A DNA stretch of 64,000 nucleotides from positions 2,852,001 through 2,916,000 of the forward strand of contig NW_026262674.1 of assembly GCF_021869535.1 (NCBI RefSeq), given 5' to 3'. The position numbers and the translations under genes are program-made. Positions 23,726 through 38,500 of this stretch are shown piece after piece. Each line of letters starts with the position of its first letter. The first letter of the stretch is position 1. The stretch is from Mytilus californianus (Eukaryota). The notes below the pieces were generated by a model. That model did no database searches, had not been told where the DNA came from, and saw only the letters and a program-made list of their open reading frames with translations.

Positions 23726-26700
23726 GAATAATATATTACGTTTTAACGATTCACTCAGTTTTTGTTTGTTACTATAAAAATAAGGAGATGTGGTATGATT
23801 GCCAATAAGACAACTATCCACCAAAGTTCAAATGAAGTTGATGTTAGCAATTATAGGCAACCGTACGGCCTTCTAAAATGAGAAAACCCATACCGTATGG
23901 TCGGCTATAAAAGGTCACGACATGACAATTGTGAACCAATTCAACTGAGAAAACTAACGGCCTTATTTATAACAAAACAATTTACGAAAAACCAATATGA
24001 CAGACATGAACCAACGACAACCACTGAACTACAGGCTCCTGACTTGGGACAGGCACATAGAGAATGTGGCGGGGTAAAACATGTTTGTGAGCGCTCAACC
24101 TCCCCCTAACCTGGGACAGTGGTGTAGCAGTACAACATAAGAACAAACTATAACAATCAGTTAAAAAAGGCTTGACTCAACAGATGGATACAAATAGAGA
24201 TACATCTAGCAAAAACACAGAGTGGACGAGGACGGGTACTTATACATCCCCACAAAAAAAGACACTAAGTACAGATCTGAGAGTACTCGCAGTTACTGAC
24301 AGCTAGTCCAAAGCCAATAACAACTAATAAAAAAAATCATGTATCTAAGACTAAAACCTATATTTGTAATTTCTAAATTGATTACAATTTATTATTCGAT
24401 TTTTACCTGTAGAAAACTTTAAATTTTAAACAGGACAGCATATCCTAATTTGTACGGTGATGTTGTTTACCGAGCCCGGAAATTTAGATACGACTCGGGT
24501 AAACTTATCGATCCTTTTAAATAAACATATTCTAAAAGGTTACCGATTCAACAATGTAAATAAATCTTTGAATAAATGTTTTTTATAGGTACAAATATTG
24601 ATTTTGTTATCAGTAATTTAAAACCATGCTAGATAATATTGTTACACATACATGCACTTTCATGGTTCTACAATCTATCGATACTATATTTTTGCATTGC
24701 ACAAGGTCATGTTTTCTCTGACTGTTAATGACATCTTTACAATAAATCTATGAGATGTCGGATGTCAACTGATTGATATTTTGATCTAAGATACATGATT
24801 TTTTATTAGTTGTTATAGGCTTTGAATTAGCTGTCAGAAATTGCGAGTACTCTCAGAAGATCTTTACTTTGTGTCTTTTTTGTTGTATAAATTCCCTGCA
24901 ACGTCCGGTCTGTGTTTTTGTCGTTGTTTTTTCTACTTTGTATCGATCTGTTGAGTTAAGCCCGTTCCAACAGATTTTTATAGTTTGTTTTTATATTGTA
25001 CTGTTACACCACTATTCTAATGTAGGTGAGGGGTTGGTGCCAGTAAACATGTTGAACCACATTCTTGTGCCTGTCCCAAGTTAGCAGCCTGCAGTTTAGT
25101 AGTTGTCGTTGGTTCGTGTCTGTCATATTTGTTTTTTTCCGTAATTTTTTTTTGTTATAAAAAGTAAAATAACAAAAATACCGAACTCCAAGGAAAATTC
25201 AAAACGGAATGGAAAACAACTGTCATATTTCTGACTTTGTACAGGCATTTCCTTATGTAGATAATGGTGGATTAAATCTGGCTTTATAGCTAGATAAACC
25301 TCTCACTTGTATGACAGTCGCATAGAATTCCATTATATTGACAACAATGTGTGAGCAAAACCAAAAACAGACATTATAATTAAAATTATCAAAAATTGGG
25401 GTACAGCAGTCAACGTAGTGTAAAAAAATAGAATATGATTTTGTTTTTGTTCAATCATTAATGAAAGTGAAATAGTTTATAATAATTTGCTTTTAGCAGC
25501 CAATTTGGTTCAATTTTGTCAAAATAAGCTAAGAAACTTCGTTGAAGAATTATTCACTTGCAAGTGAATTATTCGACCTCATTCAATCCGTATTCATGTG
25601 ACCTTCAATTCAACCCTTTAGCTAGATTTTGGTACGCATGAATTAGGCGTGCTAAGCTATCAAAAGGAAAAGAATGTCAACAATGAAAGTGAAACAAGGG
25701 TAAACCATTTAGCTGACTGATTTGATTCACGAAAACTCATTCTTATACAGGTAAAAACGATGATTGACATCTTTTATTAACCTATAGTATTAAATCAAAC
25801 AGACCTAGAAAAATCCGATTGCACATGTTCGCTATCTATTTATATCTATATTTATGTTTATATCAGGTAATATGACCGTCGGCAGTCTTCGGAGGTCGCC
25901 CCGATGATTAATTAGATGGCGTCTAGACTAAAATACACACGAAATGCCGATACATATTATCGAGTTTAATAGTTTATTTAGCACTTTTTATAATTTGGAT
26001 ATACGTTTTAGTATGTTATAAATCAAATATGAGAAATTGAGTCAAATCGTTGAACATGAATTTGACAGCTAATGTCCCTTTAATCACTATAAAAACAAAT
26101 AAGTATTTCAATAAAGAAAAACAAAATGGCATATAGACACTCTATAGACAAAGTACATAAGAAAAAATGAAGGACAAGAATACAAAAATGACCATAGCAC
26201 AATAACACAATGGCGGTATGTATAAATATCGAGCCACGCTAAAAGTATATTACCAAAAATGGACTAAACGATAAAGGTTAAAATTAAACAAAGACAAATA
26301 AAAGGAATACTATAGATTAGGCAGAATAAAAGGAATACTATAGATTAGGCAGTTAGTTCTCCCAATTGAATAGTTTCACATTTTTCATGTCGGGGCTTTT
26401 TATAGCCGACTATACGATATGAGTTGTTCTTATTGTTGAAGGCCGTACGATAGCCTATAATTGCTTACATCCACTTCATTTGAATTTTGATTAATAGTTG
26501 TCTTATTGACAATCATACCACATCTCTTTTTTTGTAATATAAGATTTTAAGATCGGTAAACTTATATTGGCCAATTTGCCTATAAACGTGAATTTATATA
26601 TAAATAGCGAAAAACAAACAGGAAAACTGAATTATTAATTTCAATATTAATTATATGAAAAATTGCATTGTAAGGGCTCTCATGTGTACAATTTTTGCCA

Positions 26701-28750
26701 GATTTTATCAAAGGTTTGTATTATCAATGTCTCAGACAAGCTCGGAAATCCCTTTTGATCCACCTTTTTATGCCCTTGAAAATATTAATTATATTGAAAA
26801 TTGCATTATAAGCTTTCTCAAGCCTACATTTCTGCATAAAGATATTTATAAAAGTTTTGAAGAACCAAAACGTAAGTTTTTTTAAGTTATTGCCCTTGGA
26901 CAGAAAAATATGTGCAACGCGGGGGACATTGGAACTCTGTTCTCTTATTAAAGTTGTATCTCGCGCACATGACATTTTCTAAGATCCGCCTAGTTTTCAC
27001 ACAGGCTAATTAAGTAAATGCAGGGGGTGGATCCAGAATTTTTGTAAAGGGAGGCGTAATTCCTTTTTGAACAGTGCAATTTTCAATAAAATTAATATTT
27101 CCGAGGGACATAACTCTTCTAAAAATAGTTGATCGACATTGATTCTCGTATTTGTCCTAGACATTGCTGATATAAACCTTTCATATAAATTTGATAAAAA
27201 TCTGGCAAGAATTGTATACATAAGAGCGCTTTTTTCATATAAATTCATATTTCCAAGGGGCATAACTCTTCTTCAAATAATTGATCGAAACTGATTTTCG
27301 TACTTGTGCGAGAAATTGATGATATAAACCTATGATACAAGTTTTATAAAAATCTGGCAAGAATTACACACGTGAGAGCGCTAACAAGACCCGACTGACA
27401 AGCGCACGGACGCCCAGTTTTTCTTTGTCCCCGCAACGCTTTGCGCGGTGGGCCATAATCATTTTACTAACCTAAAGGGAAATGATTTGTATAATCTTCA
27501 AAAATCGTCTTTCGTCCATATGACATTGTGTTCTATTACAACAAGTATAAGAGTTGCAATAAAGATGAAATCTTATATTTTTATCAATTGTAGAATCACA
27601 TTATTAAATGCAGGCGTTTTCTTCTGAATATATACTTAGTAGTAAATTTTGAAGGTGGGAGTTTCGGAATTCATTTTTATAGATTTACCTTATAGCATTA
27701 TGGTAAATCAATTTAATAGTGAAACCTTTGATGAACTAATCACTCATAGGATCAATGTTGAACTGTGCTCACGATACCCCCCCCCCCCCCTTTTCCCTTT
27801 CTAATAAATATTTTGTAAGCAAGGAGTTTATGAGCAATGGATGTCAAAATGCATCAAACAGTTTAGCATGAAATCTGAAGCTTTAGTCCAAATTTCAGAA
27901 AGCACGGATTTGTACTTCATGAGGAAAATAAGAAAACATTTTCATAAATGGCATTAACGTGTAAGAATATAAATGTATTTAGTAAACAGAAAGTGGATGA
28001 GAGATGAATCTGAAAATGACACACGCAGCATAGCATGCTCACATGAAGCTTGATAGCTCAGTATAATTTGTAGCGTTCTGCAACTTTCAAAATGGCCACT
28101 TCTGGCTACCAATAACAATGGCGTATCTCCTCTCTTTAATGTTTTACACTCAACATTAACATCTGAAAAAAATCACTTATACATTACAAGTGTGTTAACA
28201 GATCAGTGTGGATATATATGCAGTAATTGTTTTATTTATATTAGTAGGTTTGACAGTGTTTTCTCCACCAAGTTTATGATTTGGTGGTGCCACAACCAGA
28301 AATTTCCTGAACTATATCTATGTCTTTCTCATAGGGTTCTATGTTAAACTGTGTTCCATTTGGGAATATTGCTTTTTCAGATAAGTAGCAAAAGCTTAAA
28401 ATTACCACAGCGCAGGGTTCGGTATTAACTTTTTGATATACCATATAACGGTAAATACCTTGTTTATTATAAGCAGGCACACGGTAACGAGTTGAATACT
28501 TAATATATATTAATTACAAGAGCATATGTCCACTACAGTGATTTTATCAAGAGGTCAAAATCACTATCATATAGAATAGAGAATGGAAACGGAATGTGTA
28601 AAAAAAAAAACCAACCAAACCAAAGAGCAGTAAATAGCCCAAGGCCACCAAGGGGTCTTCAACGCAGCGAGAACATCACGCACCCTGAGGTGGGCTTTGA
28701 TAAAGTCAGGGTTGTAGTTTCCACATAAACTGATTTCACTACAAAAGTTA

Positions 28751-30486
28751 AATGGTCATTATCATAAATTGGTCATTTATTATCAGGTGAATGGTATGCT
28801 TAAATCCTTGAATGAGTCGTTCATCTCCATTGAATGGTCATCATCATAAATTGGTCATTCATTATCAGGTGAATGGTATGCTTAAATCCTTGAATGAGTC
28901 GTCCATCTCCATTGAATGGTCATCATCATAAATTGGTCATTCATTATCAGGTGAATGGTATGCTTAAATCCTTGAATGAGTCGTCCATCTCCATTGAATG
29001 GTCATCATCATAAATTGGTCATTCATTATCAGGTGAATGGTATGCTTAAATCTTTGAATGAGTCGTCCATCTCCATTGAATGGTCATCATCATAAATTGG
29101 TCATTCATTATCAGGTGAATGGTATGCTTAAATCCTTGAATGAGTCGTCCATCTCCATTGAATGGTCATCATCATAAATTGGTCATTCATTATCAGGTGA
29201 ATGGTATGCTTAAAGTCCTTGAATGAGTCGTCCATCTCCATTGAATGGTCATCATCATAAATTGGTCATTCATTATCAGGTGAATGGTATGCTTAAATCC
29301 TTGAATGAGTCGTCCATCTCCATTGAATGGTCATCATCATAAATTGGTCATTCATTATCAGGTGAATGGTATGCTTAAATCCTTGAATGAGTCGTCCATC
29401 TCCATTGAATGGTCATCATCATAAATTGGTCATTCATTATCAGGTGAATGGTATGCTTAAAGTCCTTGAATGAGTCGTCCATCTCCATTGAATGGTCATC
29501 ATCATAAATTGGTCATTCATTATCAGGTGAATGGTATGCTTAAATCCTTGAATGAGTCGTCCATCTCCATTGAATGGTCATCATCATAAATTGGTCATTC
29601 ATTATCAGGTGAATGGTATGCTTAAATCCTTGAATGAGTCGTCCATCTCCATTGAATGGTCATCATCATAAATTGGTCATTCATTATCAGGTGAATGGTA
29701 TGCTTAAATCCTTGAATGAGTCGTCCATCTCCATTGAATGGTCATCATCATAAATTGGTCATTCATTATCAGGTGAATGGTATGCTTAAATCTTTGAATG
29801 AGTCGTCCATCTCCATTGAATGGTCATCATCATAAATTGGTCATTCATTATCAGGTGAATGGTATGCTTAAATCCTTGAATGAGTCGTCCATCTCCATTG
29901 AATGGTCATCATCATAAATTGGTCATTCATTATCAGGTGAATGGTATGCTTAACGTCCTTGAATGAGTCGTCCATCTCCATTGAATGGTCATCATCATAA
30001 ATTGGTCATTCATTATCAGGTGAATGGTATGCTTAAATCCTTGAATGAGTCGTCCATCTCCATTGAATGGTCATCATCATAAATTGGTCATTCATTATCA
30101 GGTGAATGGTATGCTTAAAGTCCTTGAATGAGTCGTCCATCTCCATTGAATGGTCATCATCATAAATTGGTCATTCATTATCAGGTGAATGGTATGCTTA
30201 AATCCTTGAATGAGTCGTCCATCTCCATTGAATGGTCATCATCATAAATTGGTCATTCATTATCAGGTGAATGGTACGCTTAAAGTCCTTGAATGAGTCG
30301 TCCATCTCCATTAAATGGTCATCATCATAAATGGTCATTCATTATCAGGTGAATGGTATGCTTAAATCCTTGAATGAGTCGTCCATCTCCATTGAATGGT
30401 CATCATCATAAATTGGTCATTCATTATCAGGTGAATGGTATGCTTAAAGTCCTTGAATGAGTAGTCTATCTACATTGAATGGTCAT
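28751..30486. repeat. Satellite, 82-bp unit (some 83 bp), ~21 highly homogeneous copies
   Basis: Unit atcataaattggtcattcattatcaggtgaatggtatgcttaaatccttgaatgagtcgtccatctccattgaatggtcatc; period checked at 29521 versus 29603. Confidence 0.98.
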
Positions 30487-31204
30487 GATCACCTAAAACT
30501 TACATTTTCCCGCGTTTCAAAGAATAGCGGGCAACATTTGTATTAACGATGCGTATGAATTTTCTAATTTAGTCACGTGAAAATTTTCATGTGTGGGAAA
30601 ATATTTTGAAAGCCTTCACTTTCTATCCAACAGTCGTAGTGTCAAGTTTATTTTTACATATTTCAGATATGTAATAATTTTTGGTTTTAATTCATGTTTT
30701 TGCTCATGATTCGTTGTGTTTTGTTTCGAATAATTATATATATATATCTTTTTTTTATACTGTCCAAGTATACCTCTTGAGACGGTCTTCCGAGCATTGG
30801 GTTTTTGGACACAGGTTTCCAACTTTTTTTCACTACATATTTAGTTATTAATGTAGTTTGAACGAGTTAACTCGTTTTAGTTGGTTGTTCCTGGCCGGCG
30901 GGATCGTCGATGATAGAGACTTTATCATTATTTGTTATTTAACTTAAAAATACAGCATACCAGCATTCAGTCATCATTTATAATTGTAATGATTTATTTA
31001 TGTATTTATGCTTATGAGTTATATTCGTGAATTTATTGAAATCCGGTGTCCTTCAAGCTGTCTGGGTTATCGGCAATATGAATATATTGTTTTGTTTTAT
31101 TTAAGCCTATTTATTTATGGGAAAGAAGTTAAGGTAATACACTTATTGCATCTGTAACGTGAACATTTAAGGGCAAGGCAGAATACCAACAAACACATAA
31201 AATA

Positions 31205-31545
31205 GCTAAAATGTTCTATTACGAAATCAAATAATTTAATTTGGGATGTAACGCGTCTTCTGATTGGCTGACGTTGTTTTGTTTATCAGCTCATAGACAT
31301 AATTTTGTCATGTGACCGTGACGTCGACAACGTTTTTCATGGTTTACTCCGGTTTAAAATGGAATTTAGAATTAAATTATAAGAAATGACTGTAATATTT
31401 TTTTCTGTCTATTCGAAATAACATAAAAAATGTGGTGCACACTTTAAAATAACCCGCTACGCGAGTTATTCAGTGTGCACCATATTTTTGATGTTATTTC
31501 TTCATAGACAGAAAAAATATTACAGTCATTCCTTAAATAAATCAC
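31205..31545 (+). mobile_element. Non-autonomous element with a long 3' palindrome
   Basis: Arm gaaatgactgtaatattttttctgtctat pairs with atagacagaaaaaatattacagtcattcc. A second, rearranged copy lies at 34405-34865. Confidence 0.8.
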
Positions 31546-32778
31546 AGTTTACATCAAATGATTTTAATGTTAATAAGGCACCTATTCCCAACTGGAATAT
31601 TATATCAATTTTAACCATTAAATGTCACTAATCAGTGGCGGATCCAGAGGGGGGCGTAGAGGGCGTACGTCCCCCTTGGCTTGCACTTTTTTTTTGTAAA
31701 ATGATTAATCAGACTAGACTTCGTGAACTTTGCCATTTCCCGTGTATTTAATTTTTATGCGACAATTCTTTACTCATAAAGATATTTTTCGCTCGTATTT
31801 ACTGTAATATATTATTGATTATGTCAAAGTCATGTGATTCGCTACGGTGGAGTTGACCAGTGCGTCGAAAAAACGTCACTCAGTCATTTTGAAACAAGAG
31901 GCTCTAAAGCGCATGTTTGGCTCATCTGGATCCAATTTTGTGCATTATCATTGATCAAAATTGCAGTCTAGAATATAATTCATGACTATCAATAACTCCT
32001 AAAAGGAGTCGACTGACAATTTTTGACAATTTGATGTCTTGCTGATCATTTTTCTGTTTGCAGTTTTTCTTGATCTTCTTTAGTTTTGGTCAAAAATGCC
32101 AAGAATATGTTATAATCATCATTTAGGAGAAGGAGAAAAAACTCCTATAAGGAGTCAATCATCAATTTTGACTGTGTTGACTTGTTTGTAAATCTGTATT
32201 GCTTATCATTTTTACTATTAAAACTTCCTATCTATCTATAATAATTACCAAGATAAAACGCAAACAATTGGTAAAAATCGTTACTTTAGTACAATAACTC
32301 CTATCAAAGTCGATTAAAGATTCGAATTTAGCCATCATGACTTACATGAAGATCTTGTACTGCTGATATTTTTTGCTATCGATGATTGTTTTCAAATAAT
32401 AGTTAAAACTGAAAAAAATGGTAAAAATAATCATTTCATAGCAATAACTCCCAAATCAAGTTTTCGGGTAAATAGACAGTAGATAGACCTCAACAGTCAA
32501 ACATTTCTACCCTGTATCTATCTAAAGCAGTTGGCAAAAATAAAAGACAAAAACCCTATATGCCCTTTTTTAACCATGCATGTAGAATACATGTGCCAAG
32601 CACCTGTGCAACGACGGCGCCAAGTGATCCCAATTTAGTTTTCTGGATGAACTGTCCCGGTTGACCTATGGTCTTTTGATGACGCTTCATATGATATTTC
32701 TTGTGGTGTAAAGATATTTGCATTGTGACGTCAAAATATTCCGGAAAACCATCAGTATTCAGGCCATCTAAATCAGTT

Positions 32779-32975
32779 ACTGTAAATTCAAAAATTATTG
32801 CGAGGTATTTATTAATGCGAATAATGCGACTGGGTGACGATCGCAATTACAAGAACACGCATTCTTAGGTATCGGAATGCAGGTTTTCCTGAAATCGCAA
32901 TAATTAATCTAGCATTTTTGCCACTTCTTCAAAAATAGCAATAATAAATGCATGCAATAACATCAGAATTTACAT
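32779..32975. mobile_element. MITE with tactgtaaattc...gaatttaca termini
   Basis: Inverted ends tactgtaaattc and gaatttacat; ~200 bp and non-coding. Confidence 0.55.
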
Positions 32976-34644
32976 GGGCCATGATCAAATCAGTTGCATA
33001 TCGTGCCAATTTTTATGACACGTATACATGTCAACATGCAAAACCCATTTGATGTCGTGACTCTAGAAAATGATCAAAGGTAATGTTTTTCAACCGATAG
33101 TTACGTCTTAAATTTATATAAACATATAGACATTTGTGAGCTTACCTGAACTTAACAGTCAGATAGAGTAAAGGGGCGTGTCAATTCTATCGAGTTCTCT
33201 AGGCCGAATGAATTGATACGCCCCTTTTATGTCAATCAGATACAAAATAAAAAATAAAAGACGCGACAGTTTTCAAAGTGATCGCACATTTTAGAATTTT
33301 CACTTCTGATCATATTTCTTATATTTCAGATGCGGATCCAGGATTTAGAAAAGGGGCAGGGGGCCCCCAAACTATACAACGTTTAGAGTGGGACTTGTAA
33401 AACGTATATGCAATAACCATATATGTGGCTCCGTAAAGGGGGCGGACCCCCTGACCCCTAAAATCCACCTCTGTATTTGAACATGTTAGACGTTTTGTAT
33501 CAAATCAGATAATGACTGGTAAACTATTCACCTAAATTGTATTGGTAAAGAAATATATGAATATTGGAATTAAGAGAATTTAAAGATAGGAAAGCATTCT
33601 GCAATGTCAGAATAAGTGCAGACACCCCAAAAATAGAGATGGATAGTTATCGATGATCCCACTGTCTGTATCACTCTGCTCAGCACTTCATAAAATTGCA
33701 TATCACGGCTTTGTGACGTCAAGTACGTTAACCCGAAAAAATTCAGACATATCACCAACGTTGATAAGTTTGTATAAAATATCTAAAAATAGATAGGGTA
33801 GGTCGACTTCTCACCTATTAATTGTCCATCTGTGATATTTTTTTTTTTGTAAATAGGAGAATGTCATGTCATAGACAACTAAATGAAAGACAATAGCTCC
33901 AAAGCATAAAAAAGTCAATCTCATTATTTAATTGCAATAACTCGGGTCGTATAAGGAGTCTATCGAGGTTTTACAGTTTCCCTCTATCTGTTAAACGTTT
34001 CAAGTTCATATGTTTTAATAGCCATAACTCCCATGCTGCTTTAAAGTACATTACTGCATTACTAAGTATAGACCACTTTCAAGTGTACACTAACTTGAAA
34101 ATGACTTGATAACATTAAATTAATTGAATTTTTCGGTTTTACCATTTTAAACGAATACTTCGTGTAACCTGGGAACAGTATATCTAACTGTCAATATATA
34201 TGTTCCTGGTGTAACCCTATGCCACCTGTACAAAATAGGTGAAAAAATAGACACAGTTTTGGGAACGGAAATAATACAATGTGTTTCCAGATATGAAACT
34301 AACAATAGAAAAAACCGGTTAAATTTTTGTTTTTATTGAAATGAAATGAAGTATCATTCCCGTTTCCATTCTCTATTCTATCGTATTGTTGTGTTTATAT
34401 CATTATAATTTAATTTTGGATGTAACACGTCTTCTGATTGGCTGAAAGTGTTTTGTCTATCAGCTCGTAGACATAATTTTGTCATGTGACCGTAACGTCA
34501 CCAACGTTTTTTTCAAAATTTACTCCTTAAAATGGAATTTAGAATTAAATTATAAGGAATGACTGTAATATTTTTTCTGTCTATTCCACATAATTTAATG
34601 AACAAATAAATTATGTTTTTTTGTGTTCTTGAAATTATGTTTTA

Positions 34645-34926
34645 TTGTGTTCTTGAAATGTGTAAGTGTATTTTGCATTCAAACTACTTTACGCATTTAA
34701 ATTATTTAAGGAATGACTGTAATATTTATTCTGTCTATGAAGAAATAACCTAAAAAATGTGGTGCACACTTATAAATAACCTGCTACGCGGGTTATTCAG
34801 TGTGCACCACATTTTTTTTATGTTATTTCTTCATAGACAGAATAAATATTACAGTCATTCCTTAAATAATTTAAATGCGTAAAGTAGTTTGAATGCAAAA
34901 TACACTTACACATTTCAAGAACACAA
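34645..34926. repeat. Long near-perfect palindrome, ~125-bp arms
   Basis: ttgtgttcttgaaatgtgtaagtgtattttgcattcaaactactttacgcatttaaattatttaaggaatgactg... is mirrored by ...cagtcattccttaaataatttaaatgcgtaaagtagtttgaatgcaaaatacacttacacatttcaagaacacaa. Confidence 0.95.
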
Positions 34927-35519
34927 TTAAACCAAACAAATAATTATGCACACCAAAATTGCTATTTGTTCATTAAAAACGATAATTCGTAAATGGTGTG
35001 CTTTGTATATAACTTGACTTTTAAAGTTTTCCGGACTTGAAATTAGGAACTGAATAAGTAAAGATGTAACGCCAACTATTTTTCAAAAGTTTTAACCATA
35101 ATCTTAATACATTTGTACACACAGTGGATACGTTTTTTTTCTATTGAACGGTACGATACCGTGTATCACGGAAACAGTTTTTCAATGGTCAATATCTTAA
35201 CATCCACTACAAAAAGAAGATGTGGTATGATTGCCAATAAGACAACTATTCACCATACACCAAATGACTTGAACGTTATCAATAGATCTAAGTGGTTTCT
35301 CACATTGATCATAATATAAGTGTTAAATCTCAAACCAATTGATTTCACGTCAATAAAATACTAACAACACAGTTTATTAATATGACATATTCTTAAAATT
35401 TAATATTAAAATATTATAGTTTCTAATATACATGTATACTTATACAAATAAAGAGATAAGAGGCGTTTTAGTCATAGCAATTATAAATCAATATAATAGC
35501 GATAAATAGGACCGGAATC

Positions 35520-35541
35520 ATGGACATAATGACGGCTAAAG
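35520..35541 (+). CDS. Candidate first coding exon (MDIMTAK-G)
   Basis: aatcATG; phase-1 donor g|gtagta (weak); joins in frame to give the signal-peptide-like MDIMTAKGLIIATIFFAWITPS. Confidence 0.45.
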
Positions 35542-38500
35542 GTAGTATAATTATAACTTAGTTATGTCTAGCACATATTTAAAAAAAAATATATAACTTT
35601 TAAATAATGATAGACGAATAAAAAAAAATATAGTACCGAAAAAAAAAGTTGTTATAGAATTGCAAAGAATCTTTTCAATAATAAACCAATAGATGAATTA
35701 AATAGATAAATGATTTAAAAAAAAAGATATCGCAGTCAAATCATTTTAAAATAAAAATAAAAAAGTAGTGTTTTGTATATATATACTGTTTTTTGCCTTT
35801 TCCGTCTTTTTGTCATGGCGTTGTCAGTTTATTTTCGACTTTACGTTTGAATCTCTCTTTGGTACCGCCTCTCTTTTGTGGAAGCGCGACATAGCGATCC
35901 TTCATTGTGAGGGTTTGGATGGGGCGTCCTACAACTTTTTAAGCCATTTTTCTCTATTCTTTATATTTTTTATCCTTTATTCTCTACTTTGTGTCCAATA
36001 ATCTCTATTCTGTCAACCCCGTTTAGACCCTCCATTACACTCGATATTATTTCCTTGGTGTAACTAATAGTATGTTTATTGTTCACATTCATTTGCTGTT
36101 AAATATTGTACTCCGTGGAAATGCTTCCGTCTTTAATTTTAAATCAACTAGGATTGCCAGTTTTCCTACCGTAGGTTCACTGTTCTCCCCAGGTGCTCCA
36201 GTTTCCTCCATCAATAAAAGCTGGTGTCCACGGTGAAGCCAAAAGTGCAAAAAAAGTGGCTAAACACCAAAACTCAAATGTAGTTTTCTCCTACTCGTTA
36301 TTGTACCATGATTATGTGCTTAATAAAGACTCCAGAATTTTACTTTGCATTCAACGCAAAATATAATAAATTTTGATAACTTCCTCGATTTATAACTAAC
36401 ATAATTATTAAAGTCGCTTCCAATTTAACTGTAAACAGTTGAAATGAATAAAAAAAACAACATAAAAAAAAAGGTTTCGAAAATACGCAATTAATCAATT
36501 TATTTGTAAATCACGTGGTGCTGATACGCTTCCGTACTGTTAGGTTACACAATAAGAATTAAACCATTCTAATGAGGTATACACTGATGGTCTTTTCAAA
36601 CACAAGGTTTTAATGTATGTGAAGTAAGCAGCCGGTTCGTTATTCGATATTCGATATTCAATATCCAACCGGCTGCTAGCAGTCAGTTGGATATTCAAAA
36701 TTTAGTTGAAAATCATAAAAAAATTAAATACTTGATAACATTAAAAGCACGATTTTCATAGTTAAGAGGACTGATAAGATACGTAGGAAATCGTTTAAAA
36801 ACCTCTTCAAGCTGTCGTAAATTCTCGTTGTCCTCGAATATAAACCCTTTTCTAAGTTGCATATTTGTCTTTATGTAATATAGATTTTTATCAATAAAAC
36901 AACTTCAAATATGTACTTTTATATATGATATTTCTTAACACAAAAGGAAAAACCTATAACTCTAGAAACATTTAGAAATATAAATAGAAATATTTATGGA
37001 AAGCCCAAAGGTTTTATAAGTTTTATTCGCAACTGTTATTTGTTCAATCGACTAACATTACATGCATTATCAGACTTGTTATTTGTTCAATCGACTAACA
37101 TTACATGCATTATCAGACTGAGAAAAATTTTAATCATTCGGAAAATTCTGCCAAATGAGATCTTCGGTTAGAAATTTTTACTCTCACCGAATAAATATGG
37201 CAAGTTAGAAAGGATGATAAATTTTGGCTTGCACCACAGTTGTGAAATTTTTAAATAATCTGACCTCTTTGAAAGATATTTAAAACAAAACTTCGTTTTT
37301 ATCATGTTGGACTTAAATACTCATGTTACCCAATAACGATTCGTGAAATATTTCAATACACAAAACTGCTGTGTTAAAAAAAGGTAGATATTGCCTTCAT
37401 CAAAGCTTTAGACTTGTTATAATTAGCAATTAAATCGCGGGCATAGTGCTTTCAATGGCGTTTTTAAACTACCTGTACTTTTTTGCAGGTCTGATTATAG
37501 CAACAATCTTTTTTGCTTGGATTACTCCGTCAGAAGAAAGAGGTAAATAAATTGAAATGACAATTTTAGGGGATACCCAACACTTTGACTAAAATAGATT
37601 TGGCTCGTTTAATTTTCATAAAATTTTTACAAAATATTATAAAAATATAAAAAAATAAAGAAATCAATGAGTTTCCTTTTTAGTTGTTACAACTAATGAG
37701 TTTCCTTCTTTGTTGTTACAACCATTGAGTTTTCATCTTTGTTGTTACAACCAATGAGTTTCATTTTTTTTATTTTAATGTTGCAACCAATGAGATTCCT
37801 GGTTTTTTATGTTGCAACGAATGAGATTCTTTACTCTTACAAAGCAACAAAGGAGATCCTATCACAAAATGGGTTTTATTGCACTGATAATAAAAATAGA
37901 GCAGATTAAAATACAGTGGCAAGTTCGAAATTTAAAGGAACACACACCAAAGACCAATCAGTTACAATCTTATGAATCTGTAGCGGAAGAAACAGATATT
38001 TGTGTTCACTACATTTAAGACTTTAAGGTTTACTGTAAAACGTCAAATAGTCTGATGCCGTTGAATTGTTCAAAATAGGGTTCAAGACAAAGGAAACCAA
38101 AACGTTGCCCTAATTTCGCTCTATTAATAGCTGCTGTAACCTTGACTTTTGACCTATTGACCCAAAATTGAATAGGGGTCTTTCCACACAATGAGACATT
38201 ATAATCTGAGTTCGGTAATAGTAGAACATTGTGAACATACAGTGCAAAAACTAACATCCGGAAAAAAAAATTGGACTATAGCAGCCGTAACTTGACCTCT
38301 AACCGATTGAACTGAAAATCAATAGTTTTCCCAATCACATGGGGCATTATCGAACTAAATTTGGTAAACAGTGGTTAAATTTTTCTCCCGAACTAAGTTT
38401 GATAAAAGCTGGACATTTTGTTCAAAATGAAACAAATGGAAACCAAAATTTACTGAATAAACTCATCATAGATACCAGGCTTAAAATTTTGTACGCCAGA

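Noticed and set aside
28274-28480. 68-aa minus ORF with an acceptor-like site
   Set aside because: No recognisable motif and no partner exons; it cannot be supported without a homology search.
28751-30486. CRISPR or ncRNA cluster
   Set aside because: No spacers, only short hairpins, and no recognisable RNA family.
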